From UHGV virus genome UHGV-0024713: a stretch of DNA of 44,680 nt. The stretch is one strand, 5' to 3'. Shown here in pieces: positions 25,567-34,855 of this stretch. A program made the translations under genes and the position numbers. The stretch's first letter is position 1; each line of letters begins with the position of its first letter. This DNA comes from a virus. A model generated the notes under the pieces. That model had not been told where the DNA came from and searched no databases. It was given only the letters and a program-made list of their open reading frames with translations.

Positions 25567-28500
25567 CGATTGTATACGACGTCACAGGCCATAAAGGCGG
25601 CGGAGGCAAACAGCACACCCCACAAGAGACGCCAGATAGCCTGCATTCGCTGGCTAAAATCCGCATCTTGCTCGCACTGGGTGAAGGTGAGTTCGAAGGC
25701 ATTCCCGACCCCAACGAATTACGGCAGCGCGTTTATTTGGACGGCACACCGATCCAGAACGCCGACAGATCCGAAAACTTCCCCGGCGCGCGCGTGGAGT
25801 TCCGCCCCGGCACACAGCACCAGGACGTGATTCACGGATTTTCCGCGGTGGAAAGTGAGCAAACCGTAGGCGTAAAACTGGAATACGGCACGCCGTGGGT
25901 GCGCCAGATTAACGACATCAGTCTTGACGCCGTGCGCATTCGAATCGGCATTCCGGCCCTGTACACCAACGAAGACAACGGCGACCTGGTGGGCGGGCGC
26001 ATCGACTACAAAATAGTTGTGTATACGGACAACGCTGATCCGCGAGAGTTTACCTTCGCTGCCGTTGGTAAAACAATGTCGCTGTACGAGCGCGATCACC
26101 GCATCGAGTTACCGCCGAACGTGAACGCCGGCTGGCGCGTGGAAGTGCACCGCACAACGGCAGATTCCACATCGGCGAAAGTGGTCAATGATATCCGGGT
26201 GCAATCCATTACGGAGATTATCGACGCCCGCCTGCGATATCCGCTAACCGCGCTGTTGTTCGTGGAGTTCGACGCTAAGGCGTTCCAGAATATCCCGCGC
26301 GTATCCATTAAGTGTAAAGGCCGCAAAGTGCTGGTTCCGAACAACTACGACCCGATTAATCATACCTATTCGGGCGACTGGGATGGCACGTTCAAACGCG
26401 CATGGACGGATAACCCCGCGTGGCACTGGTACGATATTTGTATTACTGAGCGCTTCGGCCTCGGTCGGCGTATCAAACCGCAAATGTTAAACCGGTACGC
26501 GCTCTACCAGATTGCGCAGCGCTGCGATCAACTGGTCAGCGACGGCAACGGCGGGCAGGAAATCCGATTTAAGAATGATATGTACATCCAGTCGCAGACA
26601 GACGCCTGGACCGTGCTTAAGGATTTAGCTGCCATCTTCGCCGGGATGACCTGGTGGGGAAACCAAATGTTGAATATCGTCAGTGACCAACCGGTCGCAG
26701 CAGTGTCGCACACTATCACCAACGCCTCGGTGATTGATGGTCGATTCGACTACGCATCTGGCAGCCAGAAAACGCGGTACTCCACTTTCGCGGTAGCATA
26801 CGGCAACCCGAAAAACCACTATGATGACGCTATCGCAACGGGCCAGCGCGTCGAACTGGTACGCCGCCATAAGATTAACCGTCTGGATATCACGGCGATC
26901 GGCTGTACGCGTGAATCAGAAGCGCAACGCCGGGGGCACTGGGCGCTAATCTCCAACCAGCTTGACCAGCAAGTTAGCTTTAAGGTTGGCATGGAAGGAC
27001 TATTCTTTATTCCGGGTAGTGTAGTCGCGATCGCCGATACAAACATTTCTGGCGGCTTCGAGACACGCGGCGGTCGCCTGTTGCCAGATCCTGGCACGCG
27101 GACGGTGCTGAACACAGACAGCGAAATCACGTTCCGCCCTGGCGATAAATTCCTGGTACGCACCGATAGCGGTAATGTGGAGACTCGCGAGATCGCCAGC
27201 GTCAACGGCAACAAGGTTACGCTAAAAACCGCACTGGATGCCGACCCGATTCCGGACCAGCCGTTTTGCGTTGATGGCGACGATATCCAGTTGCAGAAGT
27301 TCCGCATCACCGACCTGGAATATGACGACTCTACCAGCACTTTTTCAGTGCGCGGGATCGAGTACAACGATAGCAAATATGATGCCGTTGATAATGGCGC
27401 TCGCCTTGACCCTGGCATCTTCACGCAAGTGCCTGACGGCGTAATGAAGGGGCCGGAATCCGTGACCATCACCCCGTCGCAGATTTCATCGCAAGGCCAG
27501 CTAATCACCAACGTGGATATTGTCTTCCCGCCGGTGAAGGATGCCGTTGTGTATGAAATCCAGTGGCGACGTACCAGCTTGCAGAATATGGCGATCCAAT
27601 GGGGTAACGACTGGGTGAACATCCCCCGCACGGCATCGAACGGTGCGCACATCCCGAACGTGTTTTCCGGCAACTATCAGGCACGCGTCCGCGCGATCGG
27701 TATGGGCGAGATTTCATCCCCGTGGGTGTCGTCTGCCATCACGCCGATCGAAGGTCGTCTCGGCGGGCTTAACGCGCCTATCATCACCAACGCGATTTCG
27801 GGCCTCCACCAAATTTTGTGGAAGTGGAACCACAACAACGCCGCGACGGATATCTCTTACACCGAGCTTGAAGTGCGCAAGACTGGTGAAACGGAATGGA
27901 AGTTCTTAACCAACGTCCCATATCCGGGGGCGGAGTACGCCCAAACGTCGCTGGAGTTCGGCATCTACCAGCAGTTGCGCGCCCGTGTAGCGGATAAAAT
28001 CGGAAACCTGTCGGACTGGTCAGATCCGTTTGAAGGCCAGGTGAGTGACAAAGTTGACGAATACATGAAGGGGCTTGATGACGAGTTCTTGACTTCCGAG
28101 GATGGTAAACACTTCCAGGAAGCAATAGACACCATGCCGCAGGGTATTTACGAGGCCATGCTCACCGACGCACAGCAAATGTTTAACGCCCGCGCCGAAT
28201 ATCAAGGGATCTACGCAGAAATCAAGGTGGCGTATAACGTGGCGGTGGATGCTAACGAGGCCGTGGCGCAACTGGAGACGTTGATCGGCACGCGCCTTGA
28301 CGATGCGGAAGCGTCAATCCACACGTTGCAGACCGCGCAAAGCACGCACGAACAAGCGTTCGCCCAGTACCAGCAGACTGTTGCCGCTAAATTCGGGGAA
28401 CAGGAAGCTGCCATCCAGCAGGTACAAACGGCAACGGCAGACGTAGCTGGCGCACTGGCTGAGTATAAGACCCATGTAGCGGCGCAGTTCGGTCAGCAGT

Positions 28501-29009
28501 CCGCAGCTATTGAGCAGAAGATGACGTCTTCGTTTAACCATGCTGGGGGTAGCGCTACGTATAGCCTTAAGGCTGGCGTGACGTATAACGGGACTTACTA
28601 TGACGCCGGTATGCAGCTTTCGGTTGTAGCGGAAGGGGGCGCGGTTAAATCGCGTATTGCGTTCAAGGCTGACCAGTTCTACATCATGCACCCGTCAAAT
28701 GGGTCGCTTTCGTCCGCGTTTATCGTTGACGGGGGTCAGGTGTACATCGACACGGCACGCATCAAGAACGCGTCAATCAACTTTGCGCAGATCACAGACA
28801 CGCTCCAATCCAACAACTGGATTCCGGGGGCCAGGGGCTGGCGTATTGCGAAAGATGGCGGTGCTGAATTTAACGAGGTAACCGTACGCGGCAACTTGTT
28901 CGCGACTACTGGTAACTTCGGATTCTCTGGCGGGTCTGTGCAGATCGACGCTACAGGCGTAAACGTCCCATTACCTGGAGGGGGTCGGGTTAAAGTCGGT
29001 ACGTGGTAA
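25563..29009 (+). CDS. Tail tip / host specificity protein J-like (central tail fibre)
   Basis: 1148-aa protein following M-L-K-I, same order and size class as lambda J. Confidence 0.9.
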   Translation: MTIVYDVTGHKGGGGKQHTPQETPDSLHSLAKIRILLALGEGEFEGIPDPNELRQRVYLDGTPIQNADRSENFPGARVEFRPGTQHQDVIHGFSAVESEQTVGVKLEYGTPWVRQINDISLDAVRIRIGIPALYTNEDNGDLVGGRIDYKIVVYTDNADPREFTFAAVGKTMSLYERDHRIELPPNVNAGWRVEVHRTTADSTSAKVVNDIRVQSITEIIDARLRYPLTALLFVEFDAKAFQNIPRVSIKCKGRKVLVPNNYDPINHTYSGDWDGTFKRAWTDNPAWHWYDICITERFGLGRRIKPQMLNRYALYQIAQRCDQLVSDGNGGQEIRFKNDMYIQSQTDAWTVLKDLAAIFAGMTWWGNQMLNIVSDQPVAAVSHTITNASVIDGRFDYASGSQKTRYSTFAVAYGNPKNHYDDAIATGQRVELVRRHKINRLDITAIGCTRESEAQRRGHWALISNQLDQQVSFKVGMEGLFFIPGSVVAIADTNISGGFETRGGRLLPDPGTRTVLNTDSEITFRPGDKFLVRTDSGNVETREIASVNGNKVTLKTALDADPIPDQPFCVDGDDIQLQKFRITDLEYDDSTSTFSVRGIEYNDSKYDAVDNGARLDPGIFTQVPDGVMKGPESVTITPSQISSQGQLITNVDIVFPPVKDAVVYEIQWRRTSLQNMAIQWGNDWVNIPRTASNGAHIPNVFSGNYQARVRAIGMGEISSPWVSSAITPIEGRLGGLNAPIITNAISGLHQILWKWNHNNAATDISYTELEVRKTGETEWKFLTNVPYPGAEYAQTSLEFGIYQQLRARVADKIGNLSDWSDPFEGQVSDKVDEYMKGLDDEFLTSEDGKHFQEAIDTMPQGIYEAMLTDAQQMFNARAEYQGIYAEIKVAYNVAVDANEAVAQLETLIGTRLDDAEASIHTLQTAQSTHEQAFAQYQQTVAAKFGEQEAAIQQVQTATADVAGALAEYKTHVAAQFGQQSAAIEQKMTSSFNHAGGSATYSLKAGVTYNGTYYDAGMQLSVVAEGGAVKSRIAFKADQFYIMHPSNGSLSSAFIVDGGQVYIDTARIKNASINFAQITDTLQSNNWIPGARGWRIAKDGGAEFNEVTVRGNLFATTGNFGFSGGSVQIDATGVNVPLPGGGRVKVGTW

Positions 29010-29015
29010 TGCTAA

Positions 29016-29039
29016 GGGGCCATCCGGCCCTTTTTTTTT
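29016..29039. terminator. Bidirectional intrinsic terminator between J (+) and the convergent minus-strand gene
   Basis: GGGGCC-atcc-GGCCC followed by T9; the T-run overlaps the minus-gene stop. Confidence 0.7.
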
Positions 29040-30003
29040 AATACATGTTAGGGATGACTAGTAGCGGGGTTGGTACGGCAATATTTTTACTTGGCATCTG
29101 GAATTGCTGCCGTGAGTAGTTGCCAATGACGCGGTTTTTTGCTATGCGCACATTATTGCCCGCCATTCGTATCCCGTTCATGCGAACGTGGTTATAGCCG
29201 CCGTTGTTCTCAATGAGCGCGCCGGTGTATGAGAGCTGGATCAGACTATTACCGATGTACTGGTCACCACCACCGATAGTAATCGTGCGGTCGTAGACAA
29301 ACGGCTTGTTTACCGTCGAGAACGTGACCTGACCCTGGTTGTTTGTCATGGTGATACCGGCCCCCGGTGAAGGCGGCGTATTGTTGAATATTACAAGGTC
29401 CATATCCACCGCAGCCGCCACATCGTCAATGCCACCATAGGACGCGTTGCGGACTATAATACTGCCGCCGTCGAAGCCGACGGATACGTTGCCGTCATCC
29501 CAGCGTGCAAACGGGACACCGCTAACAGGCAAGGGCATACTACCGTTGACGCGCACGCGCTGTGCGTATCGGCAGGTCATTAGCTTAGCTACGTTGGATA
29601 TTGCGGTGAAGTCCGTCGAGTTAGCCACCAGTAAGCCCGCGTTGCGTGAACCAACCGGCAGCACTTCCATTATGACGCCCGCCCATTGTGGTAAACCAGA
29701 GTACGCGCCATACGCATCCTCCCCGCGCAGGGTGATACCACTATTACCGTTGCGAGTAACCGACGTAATGTAAAACGGGTCGGGTATTACCAGGGTCTGG
29801 TCGAATACCTCAATCACGTCAACCGGATTAGTGAGGGCAACGACCAGTTCGGACCCAGGCGTTAGCTGGGTGTTAATGGTCAGCGTCTTGTCAGACTGAC
29901 AGCGCTGATTAAAGGTAGTGCAAAACGACGGCGCGCGTAGCCCGGCGGTTATCTCCATAACCGGACGCCCGTCGTTGTAGTCGATAAGTATTCCAGCACC
30001 CAT
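29038..30003 (-). CDS. Gly/Asn-rich beta-helix-like protein, candidate receptor-binding protein or tail spike
   Basis: Start at internal ATG with GGGAG RBS; repetitive VGFDGGS / IGGGDQY / NNGGYNH segments; co-oriented with the upstream lipoprotein. Confidence 0.4.
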   Translation of the reverse strand: MGAGILIDYNDGRPVMEITAGLRAPSFCTTFNQRCQSDKTLTINTQLTPGSELVVALTNPVDVIEVFDQTLVIPDPFYITSVTRNGNSGITLRGEDAYGAYSGLPQWAGVIMEVLPVGSRNAGLLVANSTDFTAISNVAKLMTCRYAQRVRVNGSMPLPVSGVPFARWDDGNVSVGFDGGSIIVRNASYGGIDDVAAAVDMDLVIFNNTPPSPGAGITMTNNQGQVTFSTVNKPFVYDRTITIGGGDQYIGNSLIQLSYTGALIENNGGYNHVRMNGIRMAGNNVRIAKNRVIGNYSRQQFQMPSKNIAVPTPLLVIPNMY

Positions 30004-30005
30004 TA

Positions 30006-30227
30006 TTACCACTCCCGTGATTTAACTGAAACAGTGCCGGAAAAATTGCCGTCACTATCGGCAGACAGACCAGTGAAACGCATGTCCACATTTCCGGAAG
30101 GGACTTTTTGCCCGTCAACGTAGCGCAACATGCAGCTACCGTAAGCCGTCGTAACGCAATCGCCGTTGTTGCGCTCCACAGCACAACCGGATAAAAGAAC
30201 CGCACAAATCATAATTAAAGTTTTCAT
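30006..30227 (-). CDS. Small outer-membrane lipoprotein (73 aa), candidate superinfection-exclusion protein
   Basis: Signal peptide MKTLIMICAVLLSGC with lipobox LSGC; two further Cys in the mature part; GGAGA RBS; motif-bearing promoter region upstream. Confidence 0.6.
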   Translation of the reverse strand: MKTLIMICAVLLSGCAVERNNGDCVTTAYGSCMLRYVDGQKVPSGNVDMRFTGLSADSDGNFSGTVSVKSREW

Positions 30228-30281
30228 GGTATCATCTCCTATATTTGGTTGAGTTTTAGTATTACACCGCTCGATCAAGAA

Positions 30282-30291
30282 TGCAACCAAT
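30282..30291 (-). promoter_or_regulatory. Motif copy in the divergent region between lipoprotein and tail-fibre genes
   Basis: + strand TGCAACCAAT, reading ATTGGTTGCA about 55 nt upstream of the lipoprotein start on the minus strand. Confidence 0.4.
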
Positions 30292-30307
30292 TTATGAGGA
30301 TTCAGCT

Positions 30308-31903
30308 ATGGCAGCGGGTACACTATCCGTAACGAATAACAGCAAGGCGGTTGTAGGGGTGGGCACAACGTTTACCTCGTTTAACGCCGGCGACTTCTTA
30401 ACGCTGGTGGTAGGACAAGTCCCCTACACCGTAGCAATCGCGTCCATTGAAAGCGACACCGCGCTTACGCTGGTGTTACCGTTCGACGGCCCATCGGCAA
30501 CCGGCCTTGCGTGGGATGGAGTTAAGCGCGATACCATGTCACTGGCAACGATGGGCGTTACCGTACAGGCGCAGAAAGCACTACGCTTTATGATCGCGGA
30601 CGAAAACAACTGGCGCGCAATCTTCGGCGATGCGGAAGAAATCACGGTGACGCTGCCAAACGGGCAAGTAATGCAAGGCATGTCATGGGGATATCTGTCC
30701 TCCTTGCTCAAGGAAGTAGACCCGATTGAGATGCGCGACCTCGCAGCGCAAGCCGAAGCCTCAAAATCGGCAGCGCAAGGATTTCGTAATGAGGCCGAAG
30801 GCTTCAAGACCGAGACGGCTGGCATTCGCGACGCCACCAATCAGATTAAGGCGGATACGCAGGCGATCCACGACGCCACTAATACCATCAAGACGCAGAC
30901 TGACCAGATTAAGACTGATACGCAGGTCATCAAAGACCAGACGAACCAGATCAAGACCGACACCGGCGTTATGAGGGACGAGGCCAACATCGCGAAGACG
31001 GACGCGCAAGCTGCCAGCGCTGCCGCGCGGGGATTCCGTGACCAGGCCGAGGAGTGGGCGCAAAGCGTTAACGCGGATAACCTGCTAACCAAATCAGGCA
31101 ACCTGGCAGGTCTTGCGGATAAAACTGCGTCGTGGGCAAACCTTATGCCTACCGGCCCGCTTCGCGTTGGGGCAGACCCTATTGCCGATCTTGACGCTAC
31201 GACAAAGCGCTGGGTTGCCCTTAACACCAGAATGGACGAGCACATTGCAGGCCTTAATGTTGACGTGACAAGTACAAATATAAAAGTGTATCCGGGGGAA
31301 TGCTATCTTCCATCTGAAGATAAAATATTGCGCCTGGAGGCGCCGAAGACTATCGCGCACAGTGGCTTAACAGCGGCAACGAAGTATTATATTTACGCAT
31401 ATAATGAAAGCGGATCGTTGGGGATTGAAGTCTCAACAACCGAAAATGTCAAATACGGATATAAAGCCAGCACTAAAAAAGACGACCCAAGTCGACGCTT
31501 CATTGGAATGTTTTACTTCACTGGAGGGTCCGAGGTTGCTATTTGCAAATTAATTGACGGTGAGTGTGTGCATTTATTTCCCTGGGGAAGTATTGGGCGA
31601 GTATTAAACAATGGAAAAGCCACTACTGATGCACCTGTAGATTATGAAAAATTTGTCCCTTCGGCATCCTTTACTAGTGTTAAAGTTGCAGTGACTAACA
31701 CCGCAACTACGATTGTTGCCGCTGATATAGGACCGATTGGGTTTGACTATGTAACTAACGTTCAACCGTATTACTGTAAGTTTTTAATAGACATACTTCC
31801 TAATATTGCTGGTGGCGGCTCTCTTAAGTACAAGTATACTTCCGCCCCACAAGACGCAGGAGGTTTTTTCATAGATGTTGCGGGGTATAAATATGACCGG
31901 TGA
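30308..31903 (+). CDS. Tail fibre protein with repeat-rich shaft and AT-richer C-terminal domain
   Basis: Internal ATG with GAGGA RBS; IKxDTQ-type periodic repeats; 3' third visibly lower GC by eye. Confidence 0.7.
   Translation: MAAGTLSVTNNSKAVVGVGTTFTSFNAGDFLTLVVGQVPYTVAIASIESDTALTLVLPFDGPSATGLAWDGVKRDTMSLATMGVTVQAQKALRFMIADENNWRAIFGDAEEITVTLPNGQVMQGMSWGYLSSLLKEVDPIEMRDLAAQAEASKSAAQGFRNEAEGFKTETAGIRDATNQIKADTQAIHDATNTIKTQTDQIKTDTQVIKDQTNQIKTDTGVMRDEANIAKTDAQAASAAARGFRDQAEEWAQSVNADNLLTKSGNLAGLADKTASWANLMPTGPLRVGADPIADLDATTKRWVALNTRMDEHIAGLNVDVTSTNIKVYPGECYLPSEDKILRLEAPKTIAHSGLTAATKYYIYAYNESGSLGIEVSTTENVKYGYKASTKKDDPSRRFIGMFYFTGGSEVAICKLIDGECVHLFPWGSIGRVLNNGKATTDAPVDYEKFVPSASFTSVKVAVTNTATTIVAADIGPIGFDYVTNVQPYYCKFLIDILPNIAGGGSLKYKYTSAPQDAGGFFIDVAGYKYDR
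30760..31060 (+). repeat. Periodic in-frame repeats in the fibre shaft (ATNQIKADTQAI / TNTIKTQTDQIKTDTQVIKDQTNQIKTDT)
   Basis: Recurring cagattaag / cagatcaag / accgacacc units. Confidence 0.6.
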
Positions 31904-32015
31904 ATATTACGCGATTAAAGAGGATGGTAGTTGGAGAGCGATCGGGGACCCTAGTGAAATCATGGAAGACGAAACGCTATCTACGGTAATGCCCCCGAGC
32001 ACGGATGGCAGCTAA
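31893..32015 (+). CDS. Small acidic ORF (about 40 aa) overlapping the fibre 3' end, speculative
   Basis: ATG 9 nt before the fibre stop; ends just before the terminator. Confidence 0.2.
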   Translation: MTGEYYAIKEDGSWRAIGDPSEIMEDETLSTVMPPSTDGS

Positions 32016-32031
32016 TATAAGAGATAAGAGA

Positions 32032-32054
32032 AGGGCCATACGGCCCTTTTTTTT
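32032..32054. terminator. Bidirectional intrinsic terminator between the tail fibre and the end of the minus-strand operon
   Basis: AGGGCC-atac-GGCCCT followed by T8 overlapping the minus-gene stop. Confidence 0.7.
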
Positions 32055-32628
32055 AGTTTGAGTTTTCCCAGTCCATTTTGCGCCGCACCAGTGGGCTTTC
32101 GTAATATTCCTTTCCTTCCACTTCCACCAAAGGCCAGTCGTTCACAATCACGTACGGTTCTGCGATATCCTCAATCACGCCGTGCGCGCTATGTTGCCCG
32201 AACGACACACCAACCAGGATAACACCGGCAACGCGACGGGTCAGATATTCGCGAGCGCAACGGGCCTCAACCAGTCCGCGACGGATGCCGCTGGTGGCTT
32301 TCACCTCGTAGGTCCAAACGGCATCGATCATATGCTCGCGGTAGTCTGGGCCGGACTTAACCTTGCGTTTACCGACCATGATAATATCGCCGCGGTCAAT
32401 GGTATTGGCGCTAAACAGGCCGGTACGCATGAGTAAGCCTTGCGGTATGCAACTACGCCCGCCCGCCTGCCCCTCAAGGTACATGCCCGCAAACATCTCG
32501 CCCAGCACACCGACAAGACGGCTTTGCTTGCACGCGTCAGACTTTAAACGCCACTGGTCAAACTCGATGCTCGCTATCATTGCCGCCAGGTGGAATTGTT
32601 TACCAGATATTTCATATTCGCCGTACAT
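32053..32628 (-). CDS. Hypothetical protein with PD-(D/E)XK-like signature
   Basis: GPDYREHMIDAVWTYEVK (PD, 14 residues, EVK); last gene of the minus operon. Confidence 0.4.
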   Translation of the reverse strand: MYGEYEISGKQFHLAAMIASIEFDQWRLKSDACKQSRLVGVLGEMFAGMYLEGQAGGRSCIPQGLLMRTGLFSANTIDRGDIIMVGKRKVKSGPDYREHMIDAVWTYEVKATSGIRRGLVEARCAREYLTRRVAGVILVGVSFGQHSAHGVIEDIAEPYVIVNDWPLVEVEGKEYYESPLVRRKMDWENSN

Positions 32629-32670
32629 CGTGTGGCCCTCATTGATGCGGGCCGAAGCCCGCGATTAGAA

Positions 32671-33192
32671 TTATTTCAGTGCGCTACGTACCAGTGTTTT
32701 TTCCATGTTGCGGAAGTCTTCCGGCGTCATGAGGATTTTGGACCCATCTTCACCGGTGAGCACGACCATAGGCTGGACGTCTTGGGCTACAACTCCGAAA
32801 TTGGCGGCTTTAACCATCTTTCCCGCAGATGCCGAAGGATGCCACGCCACAGCGGTGGAGATGGGCCAACCTTTAAGGCTGTCGTATTGCGCTGCCGTTG
32901 TATCGATCTGAATCTCGTCATGCACGGTCATGTAAGACTCGCCCAGCAGGGCGGCATACGCTACCAGGTCGACGATATTGTCTTCCTGGTGCTTACGGTG
33001 CTGGCGCACCAGCTTCAGGCAGATCAAGAAGGTCCAGGCTTCTTGCTCGGTCAGGTCGCGACCGGTAAGCGCGTTAAACACGGCGGCGATTTGTTTAGCG
33101 ATGCGTTCTTCTTTCGCGTTGCCATAGCCGTTTTCTTTTCCGCGCTGTTCCATAGTGGTGGCGGCGTTTTTGCAGTATTCGTATGCTTTCAT
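32671..33192 (-). CDS. Hypothetical protein (173 aa)
   Basis: RBS-preceded ORF; no recognisable motif. Confidence 0.5.
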   Translation of the reverse strand: MKAYEYCKNAATTMEQRGKENGYGNAKEERIAKQIAAVFNALTGRDLTEQEAWTFLICLKLVRQHRKHQEDNIVDLVAYAALLGESYMTVHDEIQIDTTAAQYDSLKGWPISTAVAWHPSASAGKMVKAANFGVVAQDVQPMVVLTGEDGSKILMTPEDFRNMEKTLVRSALK

Positions 33193-33245
33193 TATGTGGT
33201 CCTTTTTATGGGGGGCCGTATTGCCTCCCGACGCGTTAACTATAA

Positions 33246-33267
33246 TGCAACCAACCTATTGGTTGCA
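33246..33267. promoter_or_regulatory. Inverted pair of the motif (TGCAACCAA-cct-ATTGGTTGCA) with adjacent TATAAT
   Basis: Palindromic arrangement between two minus-strand genes; minus strand reads TTGCAA-18-TATAGT. Confidence 0.45.
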
Positions 33268-33726
33268 AGTGAATTTTGCAACGTTTATTGCGTAAATTTT
33301 CGGGACCAAATCGCCGCACGCCCGACGAATTGCCGCGATGTTCTTCTCGCAGTCCTCAATGATGACCAGTTCAGACACGTCTGCATAGCAGACCATTTTG
33401 AACACAGCGCACGCCTTAAACTCTGGCGGCGGGGTGTCGTCCAGCATGTGGCGCATAAACAACCGGCCTGTCGGGAATACTTCCAGTTGCCCGGCGGTAG
33501 TCTCCCAGCATTCTCGCTGCCTGTTTGTCAGATACGCGATCTCGAAGCCTTGCTCTTTGTACATGCGCAACAGCGGCAGCATATCCATGTTCAGGTCTTC
33601 GCGAACGTGCGCTTTGTGCCACTTTGCCCAAAAGGTTGATTTCGTTTTTATTCCCGGCACCAGGTCGGCCCTCGCATCGCTTGAACCATTAATAACGCCA
33701 TCAAGATCACAAATCAGTAGTTTCAT
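33256..33726 (-). CDS. HAD-superfamily phosphatase (nucleotidase or polynucleotide 3'-phosphatase-like)
   Basis: N-terminal DLDGV HAD motif I, later Thr and IIED motifs. Confidence 0.65.
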   Translation of the reverse strand: MKLLICDLDGVINGSSDARADLVPGIKTKSTFWAKWHKAHVREDLNMDMLPLLRMYKEQGFEIAYLTNRQRECWETTAGQLEVFPTGRLFMRHMLDDTPPPEFKACAVFKMVCYADVSELVIIEDCEKNIAAIRRACGDLVPKIYAINVAKFTCNQ

Positions 33727-33947
33727 TTTAAGCTCTCAATAAGGGTATGTCGGGCGCTTCGCGCAGTAAAGGAGTTGCACACGAAATGGCAACGCTGAGT
33801 CATGACAAGCCAACCGGTGAGGTCAAGGCCCATGATGCGTCCGGGATGAGACGCGCGCACCACATGATTGCGCCGCGGGTCAATGCCGTAGTCTTTTTGC
33901 ATTCGGTCTACGACCGCAGGGTCGCGGTCAACGATTAAGATATTCAA
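33723..33947 (-). CDS. Hypothetical protein (74 aa)
   Basis: Coupled ORF between the methyltransferase and phosphatase genes, overlapping both. Confidence 0.35.
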   Translation of the reverse strand: MNILIVDRDPAVVDRMQKDYGIDPRRNHVVRASHPGRIMGLDLTGWLVMTQRCHFVCNSFTARSARHTLIESLK

Positions 33948-34413
33948 GGAGTTCTCCTTCGCTCATTATTTCAATTTGTGCGCTGCCGAGGGGCGGCGCT
34001 TCGTCAAATATTATCAATTGCTGGCACTTGTTGTTACTCGGCCCGACCTTACCGGTGACGGCGTGAATGAATCTCACCCGCCAGTCCAGAAGAATTATCA
34101 GGTTTGCAGTCTTCCTGGCCAACTTCGCCCACTTCGTCGACGTGTCCTGATTCAGTAACATGACAGTCCGGCGACCGTGCGCTGCGCATTCCACCCACGG
34201 CAGCGGGTCGGAATACGGCGGATTACACCACTTCCACCCTTTCAACTCTGCCCAGTCCACATCAAGCGCGCTTCGCTCCGCCGTGAAGTAACGTGGTAGC
34301 AGATGATTGGCGTCGCTCGCCGCCATATCGTAACGGAATCGGAACTTACGGCGCAGCGGTTTAAATAAAGCTGGCGGTGTGCGCCAGCTATCTTTCTGCT
34401 CACTCTTCTGCAT
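33928..34413 (-). CDS. DNA N6-adenine methyltransferase (phage Dam-like)
   Basis: NPPY catalytic tetrapeptide in WKWCNPPYSD; size and layout of small phage adenine methyltransferases. Confidence 0.8.
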   Translation of the reverse strand: MQKSEQKDSWRTPPALFKPLRRKFRFRYDMAASDANHLLPRYFTAERSALDVDWAELKGWKWCNPPYSDPLPWVECAAHGRRTVMLLNQDTSTKWAKLARKTANLIILLDWRVRFIHAVTGKVGPSNNKCQQLIIFDEAPPLGSAQIEIMSEGELLEYLNR

Positions 34414-34855
34414 GGTCTTGATCTATCGCGTACAGGGCAATTTTCTTACCACTGTTTAGAACGCGTTGCAGGCGCTTTGCACCCTCGATGCTAAGCGGTC
34501 GGCAATCGGAGTAGCCACCGTTTGTGCGCCACGCCATAAGCACCAAGTCTTTACGGTCGATCTTAGACTGGCGACCTTTAGGTCGTACGTACTCCTCGGC
34601 GCGTTTGCAATGCTCGCGCAGACCTTCGGCAGTGATGCGGTTTAGCGCCACGCTGGTGGTGTATCCTGTGCGCTGCATAATCCCCATCAGTTCGAAGAGA
34701 AGTCCGAAGCGTTCCGCTAACTCCTGGCGCACTTTCTTCTCTCCTTCATATAGCGCCTGGTTGGTGTCCGCTAGCGCGTTCGCGCGTTCGGCTTGTTCGC
34801 GGGCTTCGAGACACTGCGCGGCCCAGTATGCTTTTTCTTCTTGTAAGATTTTCAT
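34400..34855 (-). CDS. Hypothetical protein (151 aa), coiled-coil N-terminus
   Basis: ORF overlapping the methyltransferase start; no recognisable motif. Confidence 0.5.
   Translation of the reverse strand: MKILQEEKAYWAAQCLEAREQAERANALADTNQALYEGEKKVRQELAERFGLLFELMGIMQRTGYTTSVALNRITAEGLREHCKRAEEYVRPKGRQSKIDRKDLVLMAWRTNGGYSDCRPLSIEGAKRLQRVLNSGKKIALYAIDQDHAEE

Noticed and set aside
32590-33639. 349-aa plus-strand ORF
   Set aside because: Antisense to two well-supported minus-strand genes (including the HAD phosphatase); His/Arg/Cys/Phe-rich low-complexity product; no RBS.
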